A DNA stretch of 64,000 nt from Squalus acanthias (GCA_030390025.1 CM059432.1:137952001-138016000); one strand, 5' to 3'; numbered from the stretch's first letter, positions 35,838 through 47,578 are shown. Notes: generated by a model not told the origin, from the sequence alone. Numbers and translations: made by a program.

Positions 35838-37737
35838 GGGCGCGATCTTGCCAGCCCTGGGGAGGCGGGTTTGGAGGCGGGACTGCCGGGAAAATGGCAG
35901 AATCATAGAAACATAGAAGATAGGAGCAGGAGTAGGCCATTCGGCCCCTCGAGCCTGCTCCGCCATTTAATGAGATCATGGCTGATCATCCAAATTCAGT
36001 ACCCAGTCCTTGCTTTCTCCCCATATCCCTTGATCCCTTTAGCCTTAAGAAATATATCTAACTCCTTCTTGAATATATTTAATGAATTGGCCTCAACTGC
36101 CTTCTGTGGTAGAGAATTCCACAGGTTCACCACTCTCTGGGTGAAGAAATTCCTCCTCATCTCAGTCCTAAATGGCTTACCCCTTATCCTTAGACTGTGA
36201 CCCCTGGTTCTGGACTCCCCCGCCATCGGGAACATCCTTCCTGCATCTAGTCTGACTAGTCCTGTTAGAATTTTATAAGTTTCAATGAGATCCCCTCTCA
36301 TTCTTCTAAACTCTAGCGAATACAAGCCCAATCGTCCCAATCTCTCTTCATACGTCATTCCTGCCATCCCAGGTATCAGTCTGGTGAATCTTCGCTGCAA
36401 TCCCTCCATGGCAAGAACATCCTTCCTCAGATAAGGCGACCAAAACTGCACACAATACTCAAGGTGTGGTCTCACCAAGGCCCTGTACAACTGCAGCAAG
36501 ACATCCTTGCTCCTGTACTCGAATCCTCTCGCTATGAAGGCCAACATACCATTTGCCTTCTTAACTGCCTGCTGCACCTGCATGCTTACCTTCAACGACT
36601 GGTGCACAAGGACTCCCAGGTCTCGTTGCACTTCCCCTTTTCCCAATCTATTGCCGTTCAGATAATAATCTGCCTTCCTGTTTTTGCCACCAAAGTGGAT
36701 AACCTCGCATTTATCCACACTATACTGCATCTGCCATGCATCTGCCCAATCACCCAACTTGTCCAAATCATACTGGAGTTTCTCTGCATCCTCCTCACAA
36801 CACACACGCCCACCCAGCTTTGTGTCGTCTGCAAACCTGGAGATATTACATCTAGTTCCCTCGTCTAGATCATTAATATATATTGTGAATAACTGGGGTC
36901 CTAGCACCGATCCCTGCGGTACCCCACTAGTCACTGCCTCCCACTCAGAAAAAGACCCGTTTATTCCAACTCTTTGCTTCCTGTCTGCCAACCAATCTGG
37001 GGGCAGGTACCCATCCTGCCCCCAACCCGCCTCCATGCCATCTTCCCAGGAGGCGGGTAGCCGACCCGCGCCGGGTCCCGTCTCCTGGAGGCGGGAAGGG
37101 GATTACAGCCACTTAAAGTTAACAGGCAGTTAAGAGGATTATCCCCATTTTTCCAGCAGAGGTGCGGGCTTCCCGACGTCGGGAAACCCCACCAGGGTCA
37201 CTGAGGCAAGCAGAGGGTCTGCGGGGGTCGGAGGGGTCCAAAAGTGCGCTGTGGAGGTGAGTGATGGGTGCAAGTGTGGAGGGATAAGTGTGTGAGGTGA
37301 GTGAAAAGTGATAGAAAATGTTTACTTACCTTTGTTTCTTCCTGCAGGCTTCAACAGTTGGGGATGCGGAGAGTCTCGCATCTCACCGGCAGAGATGACA
37401 GATGGCTGCTGCATTCTCCGATGCAACAGCCATCTAATTTCTGCTCACAAAAGAGGTTTGATGAGTCTTGAATACAAGAACTCATCAAACAACAGAGAAT
37501 GTCAGTGTTTGACAGCTTCACAGAGCTGTCAAATGATGACAATTCATCTGTCAAATGGAACGTCATACGCTGACGTTCTCTGTAACCGGCTTCCCCTTAA
37601 TTGGCCTGCCCAGCGGGCTTAATAAGGTCAATCAAGGGAAAATATCGTGGGTTGGCCACAAGTCGATGGAAGCGGGACTGAAACCCGACAAGCAGCAGTC
37701 CCGCCTCCAACGCGCCCCCATTGACAAAACCGCCCCC
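35838..37737. mobile_element. Harbinger-type non-autonomous element interrupted by a CR1
   Basis: Imperfect TIRs (GGGCGCGATCTTGCCA vs reverse complement GGGGGCGGTTTTGTCA; both contain TTGGAGGCGGGACTGC). The left end closely resembles the terminus at 44800-44854. Confidence 0.65.
35900..36997 (-). mobile_element. CR1/HER1 3' 1.1 kb with an open RT C-terminal frame
   Basis: ORF 35996..37036: WLADRKQRV..GVPQGSVLGP..FADD..RTRGHS..KGYG; 3' UTR and tail. Confidence 0.93.
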
Positions 37738-37779
37738 ATGATTTTAGAATGAGGAACTTAGATATCCTTTCTTCCCTCC

Positions 37780-38070
37780 ATTGGCACTGATAGCTCACTG
37801 GGCAAAACGCCCTCTGTGTTATGGCATAAGGTTTATACAAACCAGGAAGATAGCTGGTAGGCTCCTCGGTGTGTGCTTAGTTAGATGATCTTAGTCAGGA
37901 TGCCAATTGGCATGTTTAAAAAAAAAAATACCTCAGCATCCCCCGGCTAGCGTGAGGTAGAACCGGCAGAGATTCTCACTACTGATCTCTCTATGGTCAT
38001 TCTTGCTGGAATTGCACATCTGAGGATTTCTGGCAAGGTCAGGACTAGCATCAGCTGTGGCCACTCCCAT
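37780..38070 (+). mobile_element. Old, decayed tRNA-derived SINE (AmnSINE2-like, from memory)
   Basis: ACCAGGAAG...TGTGCTTAGTTAGATGATCTTAG...CCTCAGCATCCCCCGGCTAG...CTGATC..GCTGGAA motif series. Confidence 0.4.
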
Positions 38071-38949
38071 TTTTGAATACTATAGCTCTGTGGAAAATAA
38101 TTAATTAACTCTGAGCTGCAAACGGTGGCCCATGATCAAGTCACTGATTAGGACCACAGCCCTTGACAAAAAGTTTGCGAAGAATCTGCTTCAGTTCTGA
38201 ACCCACTAGAAACATGTGGGTTCTTTGTTACCACAATAACAGACTTTTTTTGCCAGCATCAGCCAAGATTATTTAAAGCGATAAATTCATTTTCTATTAA
38301 GAGGCAAACTTTGTTTTAAGAGGAAATTATAAGACTACAATCCACGTCATAATGTCCTAATTACAGTTGGCACATTGATACATGTGACTATACTACAAAT
38401 CATCTCTTTGGAGCGCTGTTAAATTGAAAAGAGATGCTGGAGGAAATAGCAAGAGTAATCTTGCACAGTTCTGGCTACTTCTTGCAAAGAAGTCACTACA
38501 TGTTTCTCTTTGTAACTATAAAGTGTTTCAGTATGAATGTGTGTGTCGCATGCTTTGTAGGCAGTATTCAATATTCAAATTGTGAAAAAGAAATCGTCTC
38601 ACCGTTTATTGGAGGACATAAGTCCTTCCTATCCAATTTTTCCATGGGTCAGACCCACATTCACCAATGCACCGTTGGTGCTGACCAATGCAGCTATTTT
38701 GCACTTTTTAATCAGCAAGTATGGATATTTCAGATATATGTACTCTTAAAAAAAAGTAACAATGTTGATGAATGACAACTAGTGTTCTAATGATGCTCAA
38801 TTCCACAATTGTCTTTATCTATTTATAAATTATTTCCAAAAATAACCTTACCTTGGCAAAAATAAACTTTTTTCTGATAAGATCATAACACTGCGTAAAA
38901 AAAAAATCTCCTCATCTGCCATCTGGTGCTTTTGCCAGTTCCCTTTAAC

Positions 38950-39138
38950 CTTCTTCTTCTTCTTCTTCTTCTTCTTCAGCAGTCCCTCGGAACCGAGGAT
39001 GACTTGCTTCCACATTAAAAATGAGTTTGCAGGTGACCGATGAGTCCAATGCGGGACCTACAGTCTCTGTCACAGGTGGGGCAGACGGTGATTGAAGGGG
39101 CGGGTGGGTGGGGTGCTTGGGTTGACGTACGCTCCTTG
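38950..39138 (-). mobile_element. RTE (BovB-like) LINE 3' end with (GAA)n tail
   Basis: Near-identical to 48630-48800; (TTC)n on the plus strand. Confidence 0.85.
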
Positions 39139-39189
39139 GACTCTGACGTCGTATGCAACATTCTAAAATCATTTTGCCAGCTTTCTCTG

Positions 39190-39850
39190 TGTTATACCGT
39201 GAAGCAGTCCAAACATCAGAATTGTTTCTTCAAGATGTATGCTCTGTTATAAGCACACTGTACGCCCTTGTTTGGAGTAGGTAACATGTCTGGCAATAAC
39301 CACTCCTGCATTCTGTTGCCCCCCCGCCCCGGAATAATCGGGAGATGCTTGATTGCAGCAAGAAGTGTGCATCATGACTAGTCCCTGGAAAACAAGCATT
39401 AACTTGCATAATTCTATATCATCTATGCCATCTTCATGTTTATGAAGCAGTATCCCTCTCCGTTATTAAGAAGGATTATATTGCCTACACATGCACAAAT
39501 AGCGTTTTGATGGTGCCTTGTAATTAATGGAAATGCCACAGATCGCATAAAATTGGGCCTGCTTATCCTGAACTTTATGTGTGCATGCAGATGCATGTCA
39601 AAACAAGGCATCTATTATATCTGTGATAAGTGATGAACTGCACGCTGGCTAACTCACTCGAAGACCGAATGGCGTGGAAGCTCAGTGCAGTTACTTTTAC
39701 ATCCACCGGTGGTGCTAGCCACATGTTGCTCCTTGGTTCCAAATGGGATTCCAGAAGATGACACGGATCACCTGACGAGACACAAGCCTCCGCGCACACT
39801 GTTCCTCTCTGAGCTCCAGGTAGCTGACACATCTACGGTACTCGTACTGC
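39190..39850 (-). pseudogene. Highly decayed Harbinger transposase relic
   Basis: Across frames: CHLLESHLEPR..PVDVKVTALSFHA, NNGEGYCFINMKMA, RIMQVNACFPGTSHDAHFL, EWLLPD, CAYNRAY, LKKQF*CLD, in the same motif order as 21097-22305. Confidence 0.7.
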
Positions 39851-40024
39851 ATTAGGTAGCAGCAAGTCCTAATAGTCCACCTCTTATGCCCTCAAAGTAT
39901 GGCTGTTCTCCCCCCCCCCCGCTGTTCCCGCACTTCACCCTTTAATATGTCCAGCAATGTAAGACTTGGTGCTGCACCCATGCTTCTGTGTGTACTAAAA
40001 GACACTTTGTGTGATTCAGATGAT

Positions 40025-40788
40025 GGCCCAGAAATTAAACAGTGAGTGTTCCCGCGGGGGTAAGGCTTCCCCGCGATATCTCACTCCGCGCCTACCTTTT
40101 TCCTCCGGGCCCACACGAACTTTAGTTTCAAGGCCAGTCCCACATGCAGCTGTGCAGTGCCTGCGTGACCCAGAGATGCAATTAGTTCGTGCGAGCTCTG
40201 GTACACGTGATTCAGTTAGAGCCAATGGCAGCACACCATCTTTCATTCATAGTTTTCACAGCAAGAGCTGTCAAAGCTATGAATCCTACACACCCCCAAA
40301 AGAACAGCTAAACCTCAATTAAATTTTAAAAAAAGCCATCACATTAATAAAATAAGTATAGTTAAATAAATTAACCACTTTAAACAAAAAAATTAATTTC
40401 TGAAAAAATTTAAAATCTTTTTAAAAGTTATAAAAATAAACTTACCTTTCTTTAAAGTCTCTAAAAAAGATAAACCTGTTGAAAAAAATGTAAAATAATA
40501 CTTAATTAACTACTTACCTTGTTAAAAGAGGGTCTTACACCTCCTTTCTTCATGTGTAAAATCTTCCATGCTTACCTGCGCGTTCAAAGCTGCAAAAATA
40601 ACTAAGTGCACTGCGTGCGCGCAGCCTGTAGCGCGCACGCGGTTCACTTAGGAACCGCCCCCTTTTGAATTCACGAAGTGCCGGTTTCCCGCGCATGCAC
40701 AGTGCATGCAGGAAACCGACAATTGGAGACCTAAAACGCGAGAGTACACAGTGCGTACTCTCACGTATTAGGTCTAATTTTCAGGGCC
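40025..40788. mobile_element. Harbinger-type MITE, 764 bp
   Basis: TIRs GGCCCAGAAATTA and (reverse complement) GGCCCTGAAAATTA; flanks GAT and AAT; related to 1-470. Confidence 0.7.
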
Positions 40789-40832
40789 AATATTCTTGCT
40801 CTGGTTCCTCCTTGAACTCAGTTGGCTTCCAT

Positions 40833-41449
40833 CAGGCCCACCTCAGGGAAAATGGCGTCCTGGGTGAACTTGTATTTTGGCGCCTTTCTTTGAGTTTAAG
40901 GATGTAGTAGTATTAGCGAAAGTTTCAGAAATAAAGCTGCAATCTCAAAAGTTTTTTATAATTTAAATAATAAACAATATAAGTCATAAAATATAACATT
41001 ATAGCTAAGTGGCAAATAAACTAAACATTTAATTAAACACTAAACTAATAAATAACAATAACAAATGAAAAAACTTTGTTCACCAAGATATTTCGAGCCA
41101 CTTCATTCTCGACAGACAGGATGGCCAGCGAAGATAGCCTGTCGTGGTCCAGTCGCAAATATGTTTTTATGAGCTTCAACTGTGAGAAGCTCCGTTCGCT
41201 GCTCGCCATCGATACGGACATGGTTAACAGGATCCAGAGTGCTGTCCATGTGTCTGGGAACTTGCTCTTGAAACTTGAAGTTTGCTTTTCTTGACGAGCA
41301 CTACGGTCCGTTGGAAGAAGACTTTGGAGATAGCCATGTTCTTTGCAGAGGTCGACGCCGTTAATGTCAGACCCTCTTGACCACGGCACCCCCCTGACCA
41401 CGGCACCCTTGGCGGTCGCCCATGTTGCCCAACCGTAAGGCCGGCCCTG
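40833..41449 (-). mobile_element. Internally deleted hAT (Tip100-like) transposon retaining the C-terminal dimerisation domain
   Basis: FPDTWTALWILLTMSVSMASSERSFSQLKLIKTYLR..RLSSLAILSVE; termini CAGGCCC and (reverse complement) CAGGGCCGGCC; 8-bp TSD GCTTCCAT / GATTCCAT (7/8). Confidence 0.8.
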
Positions 41450-41657
41450 GATTCCATCAATGCTTTAACACCAAGTTCCATTGGCGGAAATTGACTCAAT
41501 TCAACCCCATGTCCTCTTGTCCTACTATCATGGTTTAGTTTGAGAAGTCTTCCAGATCTATTTTTGCTATATCATTTACTATCTGATGTAGCTCCATAAG
41601 GCCACCTCTCCGTTGCTTCCTTTCAAGGCTGAAAAGCCTAAATTCCTTCAGACTTTG

Positions 41658-42105
41658 TGCTAGCACTCTTGCCTCTGAGTCAGAAGGTTGTGGGTTCAAG
41701 TCCCACCCCAGAGACTTGAGCACATAATCCAGACTGACACTCCCAGTGTAGTACTGAGGGAGTGCTGCACTGTTGGAGGTGCCGTACTTCGGATGAATAC
41801 ATTAAACCGAGGCCCTGTCTGCCCTCTCAGGTGGATGTAAATTATCCCATGGCTCTATTTTGATGACGAGCAGGAGAGTTCTCCATGTATCCTGGCCAAT
41901 ATTTATCCCTCAACCAACATACCTAAAAAGAGATTATCTCGGCATTATCACATTGCTGTTGTGGGACCTGTGCGCAAATTGGCTGCCAGATTTCTTACAT
42001 GATAACCGTGACTACACTTTAAAAAAAAGTACTTAATTGGCTGTAAAGCACTTTAGGACATTCTGAGTTCATGAAAGGCGCCCTATAAATGCAAGTTCTT
42101 TCTTT
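41658..42105 (+). mobile_element. SacSINE1-like SINE, near full length
   Basis: B box, core and tail as in the other copies. Preceded by a small minus-strand CR1 fragment (41500-41655). Confidence 0.85.
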
Positions 42106-42451
42106 TTTTCTTTTAGTAACTCAGTTCTCTGATGCTAAGAATAAGACTTATCCTCAATCTGATCCCCATCGCCTCTCCTCACCAGCACTCTGCTTTGCCA
42201 ACCTCTTCCTCCGCATGCCACTTGACACTTACAGCCCTGCACCCTTACCCATTCCCTCTCTCTCTATGGTCACATTCACTTAACTATTCTACCATGCAGC
42301 CCTCACACTCCCTATCACTGTGATGCCATGACAACAACAACTTACAACACACAGGGAGGGTCCTTTGAATCCTTCTAAGCATCTATGCTATGGATTCTCT
42401 ACACTCACTCCTTCATTCTCACTCAAACTCCACTTGTGTCCCTCATTGCAG

Positions 42452-43854
42452 GAAAAGAGAGCCCACAATAAGAGGGAAAGAGCCATGACAGGAGGAGGGC
42501 CACCCTCAGTAGCCCAGCTCACCCCCTGGGAGGAGGCGGCCCTGGAAATTGCTGGGATCGAGGAGGATACCCAAGTGGGGGACGGACAGATGGGCGCATC
42601 TCAGCAAGCTGGTGACAGAATAGTTTGGAATCTCTCTCATTGACATAGCATGAGTCACTGATAATGATTCTGATGCTCTAATAGATTGACTTATGATCAT
42701 CTGCAATATTCAATGTGCATGTAACCTTGGCCTCACATCTCTAACTCTTTCCTTTACTCCCCAACAGGACCATCGAAAGCCCCCGTCCCCACTATCCAGG
42801 AGGAACAGCCTGAGCCTCCAGACTCCTCAAAGGAAGCTGCAACCTCTGAGGGCACAGCGTCAGCAGAATTCAGCGCACCCAGCACCAGCGCAGACAATCA
42901 CACCTTGGTGGGACCTTCGCGAGATAGAGAGGTGTTGTCACCTGGTGTATCACAGCTCACAAGTGAGCATCAGCAGATGATGGAGACAGGGACAGCAGTG
43001 GAGAGTCCTCGTCGGAGGGCGCAGGACTCTCCTAGCTTGGCTCAGCTGCATGTCGACCCTGTGCCTCCGGGTCCATCCAGAAGGAGAGCAGTGCTGGAAC
43101 TCCAGGAACAGGTGCAGGAATCTCTGGCAGGTTTTGTCTCCAGGGTCGCTGCAGGTGTAGAGAAAATGGAGGAGTCCATCGCGAACATGAGCAGAGCCTT
43201 TGTGGAGGCATTGGCGCATGAACGCATCACCGCGGAAAGGATGGCAACCTCTGTGGAAAGGCTGGCTACCGTAGAGAGAGGATGGCTATGGTAGAGGAAA
43301 GGCTGGCTCCGTCCATGGAGGAGCTTAGTCGCCAGGGTATTGAAAACATGGTCATTGTTCAGAATAGAATGACATCTCTTGAGGAGCGATGGTCAGCTAT
43401 TGAGCAAACAAACCAGACCTTCATGCAAGTCCTCTGGAGTAGGACTTCCAGTGCAGAAATGGGTCCTCATGGCCCCCCTGATGTGCAGCAAGGTGCTGTC
43501 AAGCCACTTGCTAGCTCTGAAGTGGGGCTGACCCATGAGTGGGATGTTGGTGGCAGACAACAAGGAAGTGGAGGCTCCTCTCCAAGCACTCACACGACCA
43601 TGCCACTGCAGAGCACTCGGTCAGAGCCCCACCAGAGTCCTCACCCAACTGAGATGGGCGTCTCGGCCCCTGCACAGCCGCAGGAGCAGCAGACTGTTGG
43701 CGAGCCTGCACAGGTTCGCCACCCCATAGGACGCCCGCCAAAGGCGTCGAGACAGGAGCAGCAAGAGAGTGAGCAAGGGGCCTCCACATCTGCTGAAGCC
43801 ACAGGGGAAGCACCACGTAGGAGCACGCGTAAGAGGAAGATAAAGCACAAGTAG
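42452..43854 (+). pseudogene. Harbinger Myb-like protein exons 2 (42452-42611) and 3 (42768-43854); exon 1 missing; frameshift near 43280
   Basis: EKRAHNKRERAMTGGGPP; same 160-nt exon 2 and G|GTGACA donor as 19528-19687; ends APRRSTRKRKIKHK*. Confidence 0.8.
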
Positions 43855-44112
43855 TCACAAGGGTAGTCACTTGAGTGCTGTGTAGTTTTGTTTTTGGACC
43901 AGCCATCATTGTGATTGTATTATAAAGTGTTTTGATGGCAAACTGTTGAAGTTGTGGCCTGTGTCATTTCGCAAATGGGACTTTCACATTGAGGGCTTAG
44001 GGCACCTTGCGATTGTCAGAATGGTGGTCAGAGTGATAGGATTCCGCAGGTTCTTGTCCATTGTCGATGCTCTGGTAAGAAGGAGCGAGACTAAAGTGTT
44101 TGATTGTGCAGG

Positions 44113-44333
44113 CTAAGCAAATCTGGCCAGGATGAGTGCGTCCCTTGCATCCCAGGCAGCAATGTTGTCGTGCGCTGGCGCCTTCTGGCCTGTGCATCTT
44201 CAGGTGGGTGACTAGCAGCTTGGCGCTCCTGTTGATGCTCCTGCTGTTGCTGTTGCTCATGGTCCTGCTGCTGCTGTGGCTGGTCTTCGTCCGAATCTGA
44301 TGTCCAGGAGGAAAGGAATTAAATGGTCGCCAT
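44113..44333 (-). pseudogene. Harbinger transposase remnant: N-terminus joined directly to C-terminus
   Basis: SSWTSDSDEDQPQQQQ (compare [16 protein letters not shown] near 22280) followed by AAWDARDALILARFA* (compare AAREAQDGLIMARFT*). Confidence 0.7.
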
Positions 44334-45221
44334 GCTTCTGGTAAATGCCTCAGTTGAGGAAGCGCTTAGTCAAGGTGGGGAGAGGGGTTTCCCAGGAGGT
44401 CACACTGGAGATGGGTGTCAGGCTCCAAACTTCCACAACAATGAGTAGGCCTGCTAAAAGTTCCCCCAGACCTGAGACAACAAAGTTCTGCCACCTGCAA
44501 ATGATCATTGGTGAAAACTCCTTTGTAATGGTGGAGCTGCAGCTGTTAGTAAGCAATCCACTTGTGAGGCCGCCAGCATTACCTGGCGTGTTCCAGAGGA
44601 GGCGTGTAGGATGGGGGAAATGTCTAAAAATCGGAAAGGCCTCTCAAAATGGGATTATAGAGGCAAATAAGTGGTTGTTAAGGGCCTATTCTGCCTCTTG
44701 GAGGCGGGATGGAAAGGGGGTCAGAAAACACGCATTTGGGAAAATTGCTCGGAGGCGGGATGGAGGCGGGATTGGGCCCGCCCGCCATTTTTGGCGATTT
44801 TAACAACTCGCACGCCTCCAAACCTGCCTCCTCAGGGCTGGTAAAATCCAGCCCATTGAGTGTCGAGCCTATTAAAACTCCTAGATCTCAGTTATTTCAA
44901 TACCAATCATGAAGTACTTAAGTTGCTCATATTTTCTTCCTATGTGCAGTATTTTACACTCCTCCGGTTTATCTGCTACTGTTCTGCCCAGGTAAATATT
45001 CTGACAACTTATTTTGGAGATTTGAGCTGCCTCTCCAAATTCAAATGCTCCTCTCAGTCTGGTATTATCTGCAAATGCGATCAGTTTATTAAACTTCTCA
45101 ATCCAAATTGTTATTTTAAATTGGGAACAGTAGGGGTTCTCAACACCAACCCTAAAGGTATCCCTATTCTGCAGTTTTTCTCATCCTGACATAACTCCTC
45201 TAACAAGTACCTGCTGTGTAC

Positions 45222-45381
45222 TGAAATAAAAACAGAAAATGCTGGCAACACTCAGCAGGTCAGGCAGCATCCGCGGAGAGAGAAACAGAGTTAACGTTTC
45301 AGATGCTGCCTGACCTGCTGAGTGTTTCCAGCATCTTCTGTTTTTATTTCAGATTTCCAGCATCCTCAGTATGTTGCTTTT
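45222..45381. mobile_element. Penelope-derived MER6-like hairpin with the ribozyme core deleted
   Basis: Inverted arms TGAAATAAAAACAGAAAATGCTGG..CAGCAGGTCAGGCAGCATC / GATGCTGCCTGACCTGCTG..TTTTTATTTCA; same family as 5579-5800. Confidence 0.72.
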
Positions 45382-45574
45382 GTCCTACTGTAGACTACCC
45401 TTCGGTCAATTATTTGTGACTTCTTCCTTGGTATTTGTCAGCCCACATATAGAAATTCAGTCTGAGAAAAGCTCATTTGAGAGATCTTTCATTGTCCTTC
45501 TATGCGTGCTTGATACATGTTATTTGTTTCGTAAATTCTGTTGATTTAGGGCACTTCAACGTACAGTTGGTATT

Positions 45575-46033
45575 AGAAAGAAAGTCTTGCATTTCTATAG
45601 CGCCTTTCACAACCTCAGGACATCCCAAAGCGCTTTACAACCAATGAAGTACTTTTGAAGTGTAGTCACTGTTGCAATGTGGGAAACGCAGCAGTCAATT
45701 TGTGCACAGCAAGCTCCCACAAACAGCAATGTGATAATGACCAGATAATCTGTTTTAATGCTGTTGATTGAGGGATAAATATTGGCCAGGGACACTGGGG
45801 ATAACTCCCCTGCTCTTCTTCAAAAACAATGCCATAGGATCTTTCACATCCACCTGAGAGAGCAGACAGAGCCTCGGTTTAACAGCTCATCTGAAAGACG
45901 ACACCTCTGACAGTGCAGCACTCCCCTGGGGTGTCAGCCTAGATTTGGTGCTGAAGTCTCTGGAGTGGGGGCTTGAACCCACAACCTTCTGACTCAAAGG
46001 CGAGAGCGCTGCCCACTGAGCCCCGGCTGACAC
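45575..46033 (-). mobile_element. SacSINE1-like SINE, full length
   Basis: Reverse complement of 30844-31310. Confidence 0.88.
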
Positions 46034-46063
46034 TTTCTCAAGTTATGATGCGGTACTGTACCT

Positions 46064-46100
46064 GTACCTGAAGAAGGAGCAGCGCTCCGAAAGCTCGTAA
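46064..46100 (+). ncRNA. Minimal type I hammerhead ribozyme motif in a Penelope end (fragment 46064-46150)
   Basis: gTAC-CTGAAGA-A-GGAGC agc GCTCC-GAA-AGCT-C-GTAa. Confidence 0.72.
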
Positions 46101-46358
46101 TTTCAAATAAAACTGTTGGACTATAACCTGGTGTTGTGCGACTTCTCATTTTTTTCTCAAGTTAGCCAGTTGTGTTTGCAGTTGCTTTTATTAAACACCT
46201 GACCCAACCAGTACATCAACTGCTCGCTGTTCTGATCACAAGCACATTTACAGTTGTTCCATTAGTGATAGGCTTGGAATTAAAGTATCGATGGTTTAAA
46301 TGAGTAAAATTGAGAGGTCGCACAACACCAGGTTATAGTCCAACAGTTTTATTTGAAA

Positions 46359-46396
46359 TCACAAGCTTTCGGAGCTATCGCTCCTTCCTCAGGTGA
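46359..46396 (-). ncRNA. Minimal type I hammerhead ribozyme motif in a Penelope end (fragment 46308-46396)
   Basis: Reverse complement: TCAC-CTGAGGA-A-GGAGC gata GCTCC-GAA-AGCT-T-GTGA. Confidence 0.72.
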
Positions 46397-47500
46397 AGTA
46401 AATTGGATACAGAATCGCCAGAGCATATATAGATGGAAAAAAAAGCATGTGTACTTTACAATTGCAGACCAATAAATTAAATCATCCTGACTATCTGCCG
46501 AGGTGTGATAAAGTTAATTAAGTCAGCCAGGAAGGTACCACATCAAAAGACATAGCAAGATACAACTGAGACAATGAGGTGTAGTCGCAGGGGTTCCAAC
46601 GTGTCAAAAGCTGCCGTCTGTATGTAAAACGAAAAGCTTTAAAAAAAAATTTACTTTTTTACTGGGAAAATTTTTACTTTTTTACTGGGAATCACATCTG
46701 TGAACAAGCTAACGACGACTCGTAAATGAGTAAACCATTAAGCACAGCAGAAATTAACATAGTTTAATCATTCTAACAGCATTTAGAACATTTGGAATAG
46801 TGGGATACCAAGCTTAACCCACTGATGTTTAGGATCGCCATAAAGCATCTTTGCTGAAAGACAATCTTCATAGGCAGATAGATGTGTGATAGAGGTTGAC
46901 ACATTTTTCCACAAGTAGATTAATTATTTCTGCCTGTATTAAAATGACTAAAAATCAGAATTTCCTTGCCATTATTGAAAAACATTGGGAGGTATAAATC
47001 ATTTTTTTACTTCAATTGTTACTGTGACATTTTTGTTGTCTAGTCAAATTAGGGCAATCAAATTATCAGGTAACATTACTACTGCACTAATAATAGTTTA
47101 CTGATCACAATCGTGAAATAGGAACTTTACCTGATTTTGTTTTACTCCTATTCCATCCTCCTCCAACGCCGCTCCAGCATCCTCCAGCTGGGTGGGACTG
47201 CACTCGCCTGCTTCCATTCTTATCTATCTAATCATAGCCAGAAAATCACCTGCAATGGCTTCTCTTCCCGCTCCCGCATCGTTATCTCTGGGGTCCCCCA
47301 AGGATCTATCCTTGGCCCCCTCATATTTCTCATCTACATGTTGCCCCTTGGCGACATCATTCGAAAAAACAGCATCAGTTTCCACATGTACACTGACGAC
47401 AGCCAGGTCTACCTCACCACAAACTCTCTCGACCCCTCCACTGTCTCTAAATTGAGAAGTCGCACAACACCAGGTTATAGTCCAACAGTTTTATTTAAAA

Positions 47501-47538
47501 TTACGAGCTTTCGGAGCTGTTGCCCCTTCGTCAGGTAC
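47501..47538 (-). ncRNA. Minimal hammerhead ribozyme motif (left arm of hairpin)
   Basis: Reverse complement: gTAC-CTGACGA-A-GGGGC aaca GCTCC-GAA-AGCT-C-GTAa. Confidence 0.72.
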
Positions 47539-47540
47539 CT

Positions 47541-47578
47541 TTACCTGACGAAGGGGCAGCAGCTCCGAAAGCTCGTAA
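47541..47578 (+). ncRNA. Minimal hammerhead ribozyme motif (right arm of hairpin)
   Basis: TTAC-CTGACGA-A-GGGGC agca GCTCC-GAA-AGCT-C-GTAA; predicted cleavage after C47574. Confidence 0.75.

Larger units (their letters stand above)
42130..44854. mobile_element. Third Harbinger element, left-truncated, with the transposase core deleted
   Basis: Myb-gene exons 2-3 (+), fused transposase termini (-), right end ...GGTAAAATCCAGCCC followed by ATT. Confidence 0.8.

Noticed and set aside
35996..37036. 346-aa intact reverse transcriptase gene
   Set aside because: It is a 5'-truncated CR1 whose ATG is borrowed from the flanking MITE; it lacks the endonuclease and the N-terminal RT motifs.
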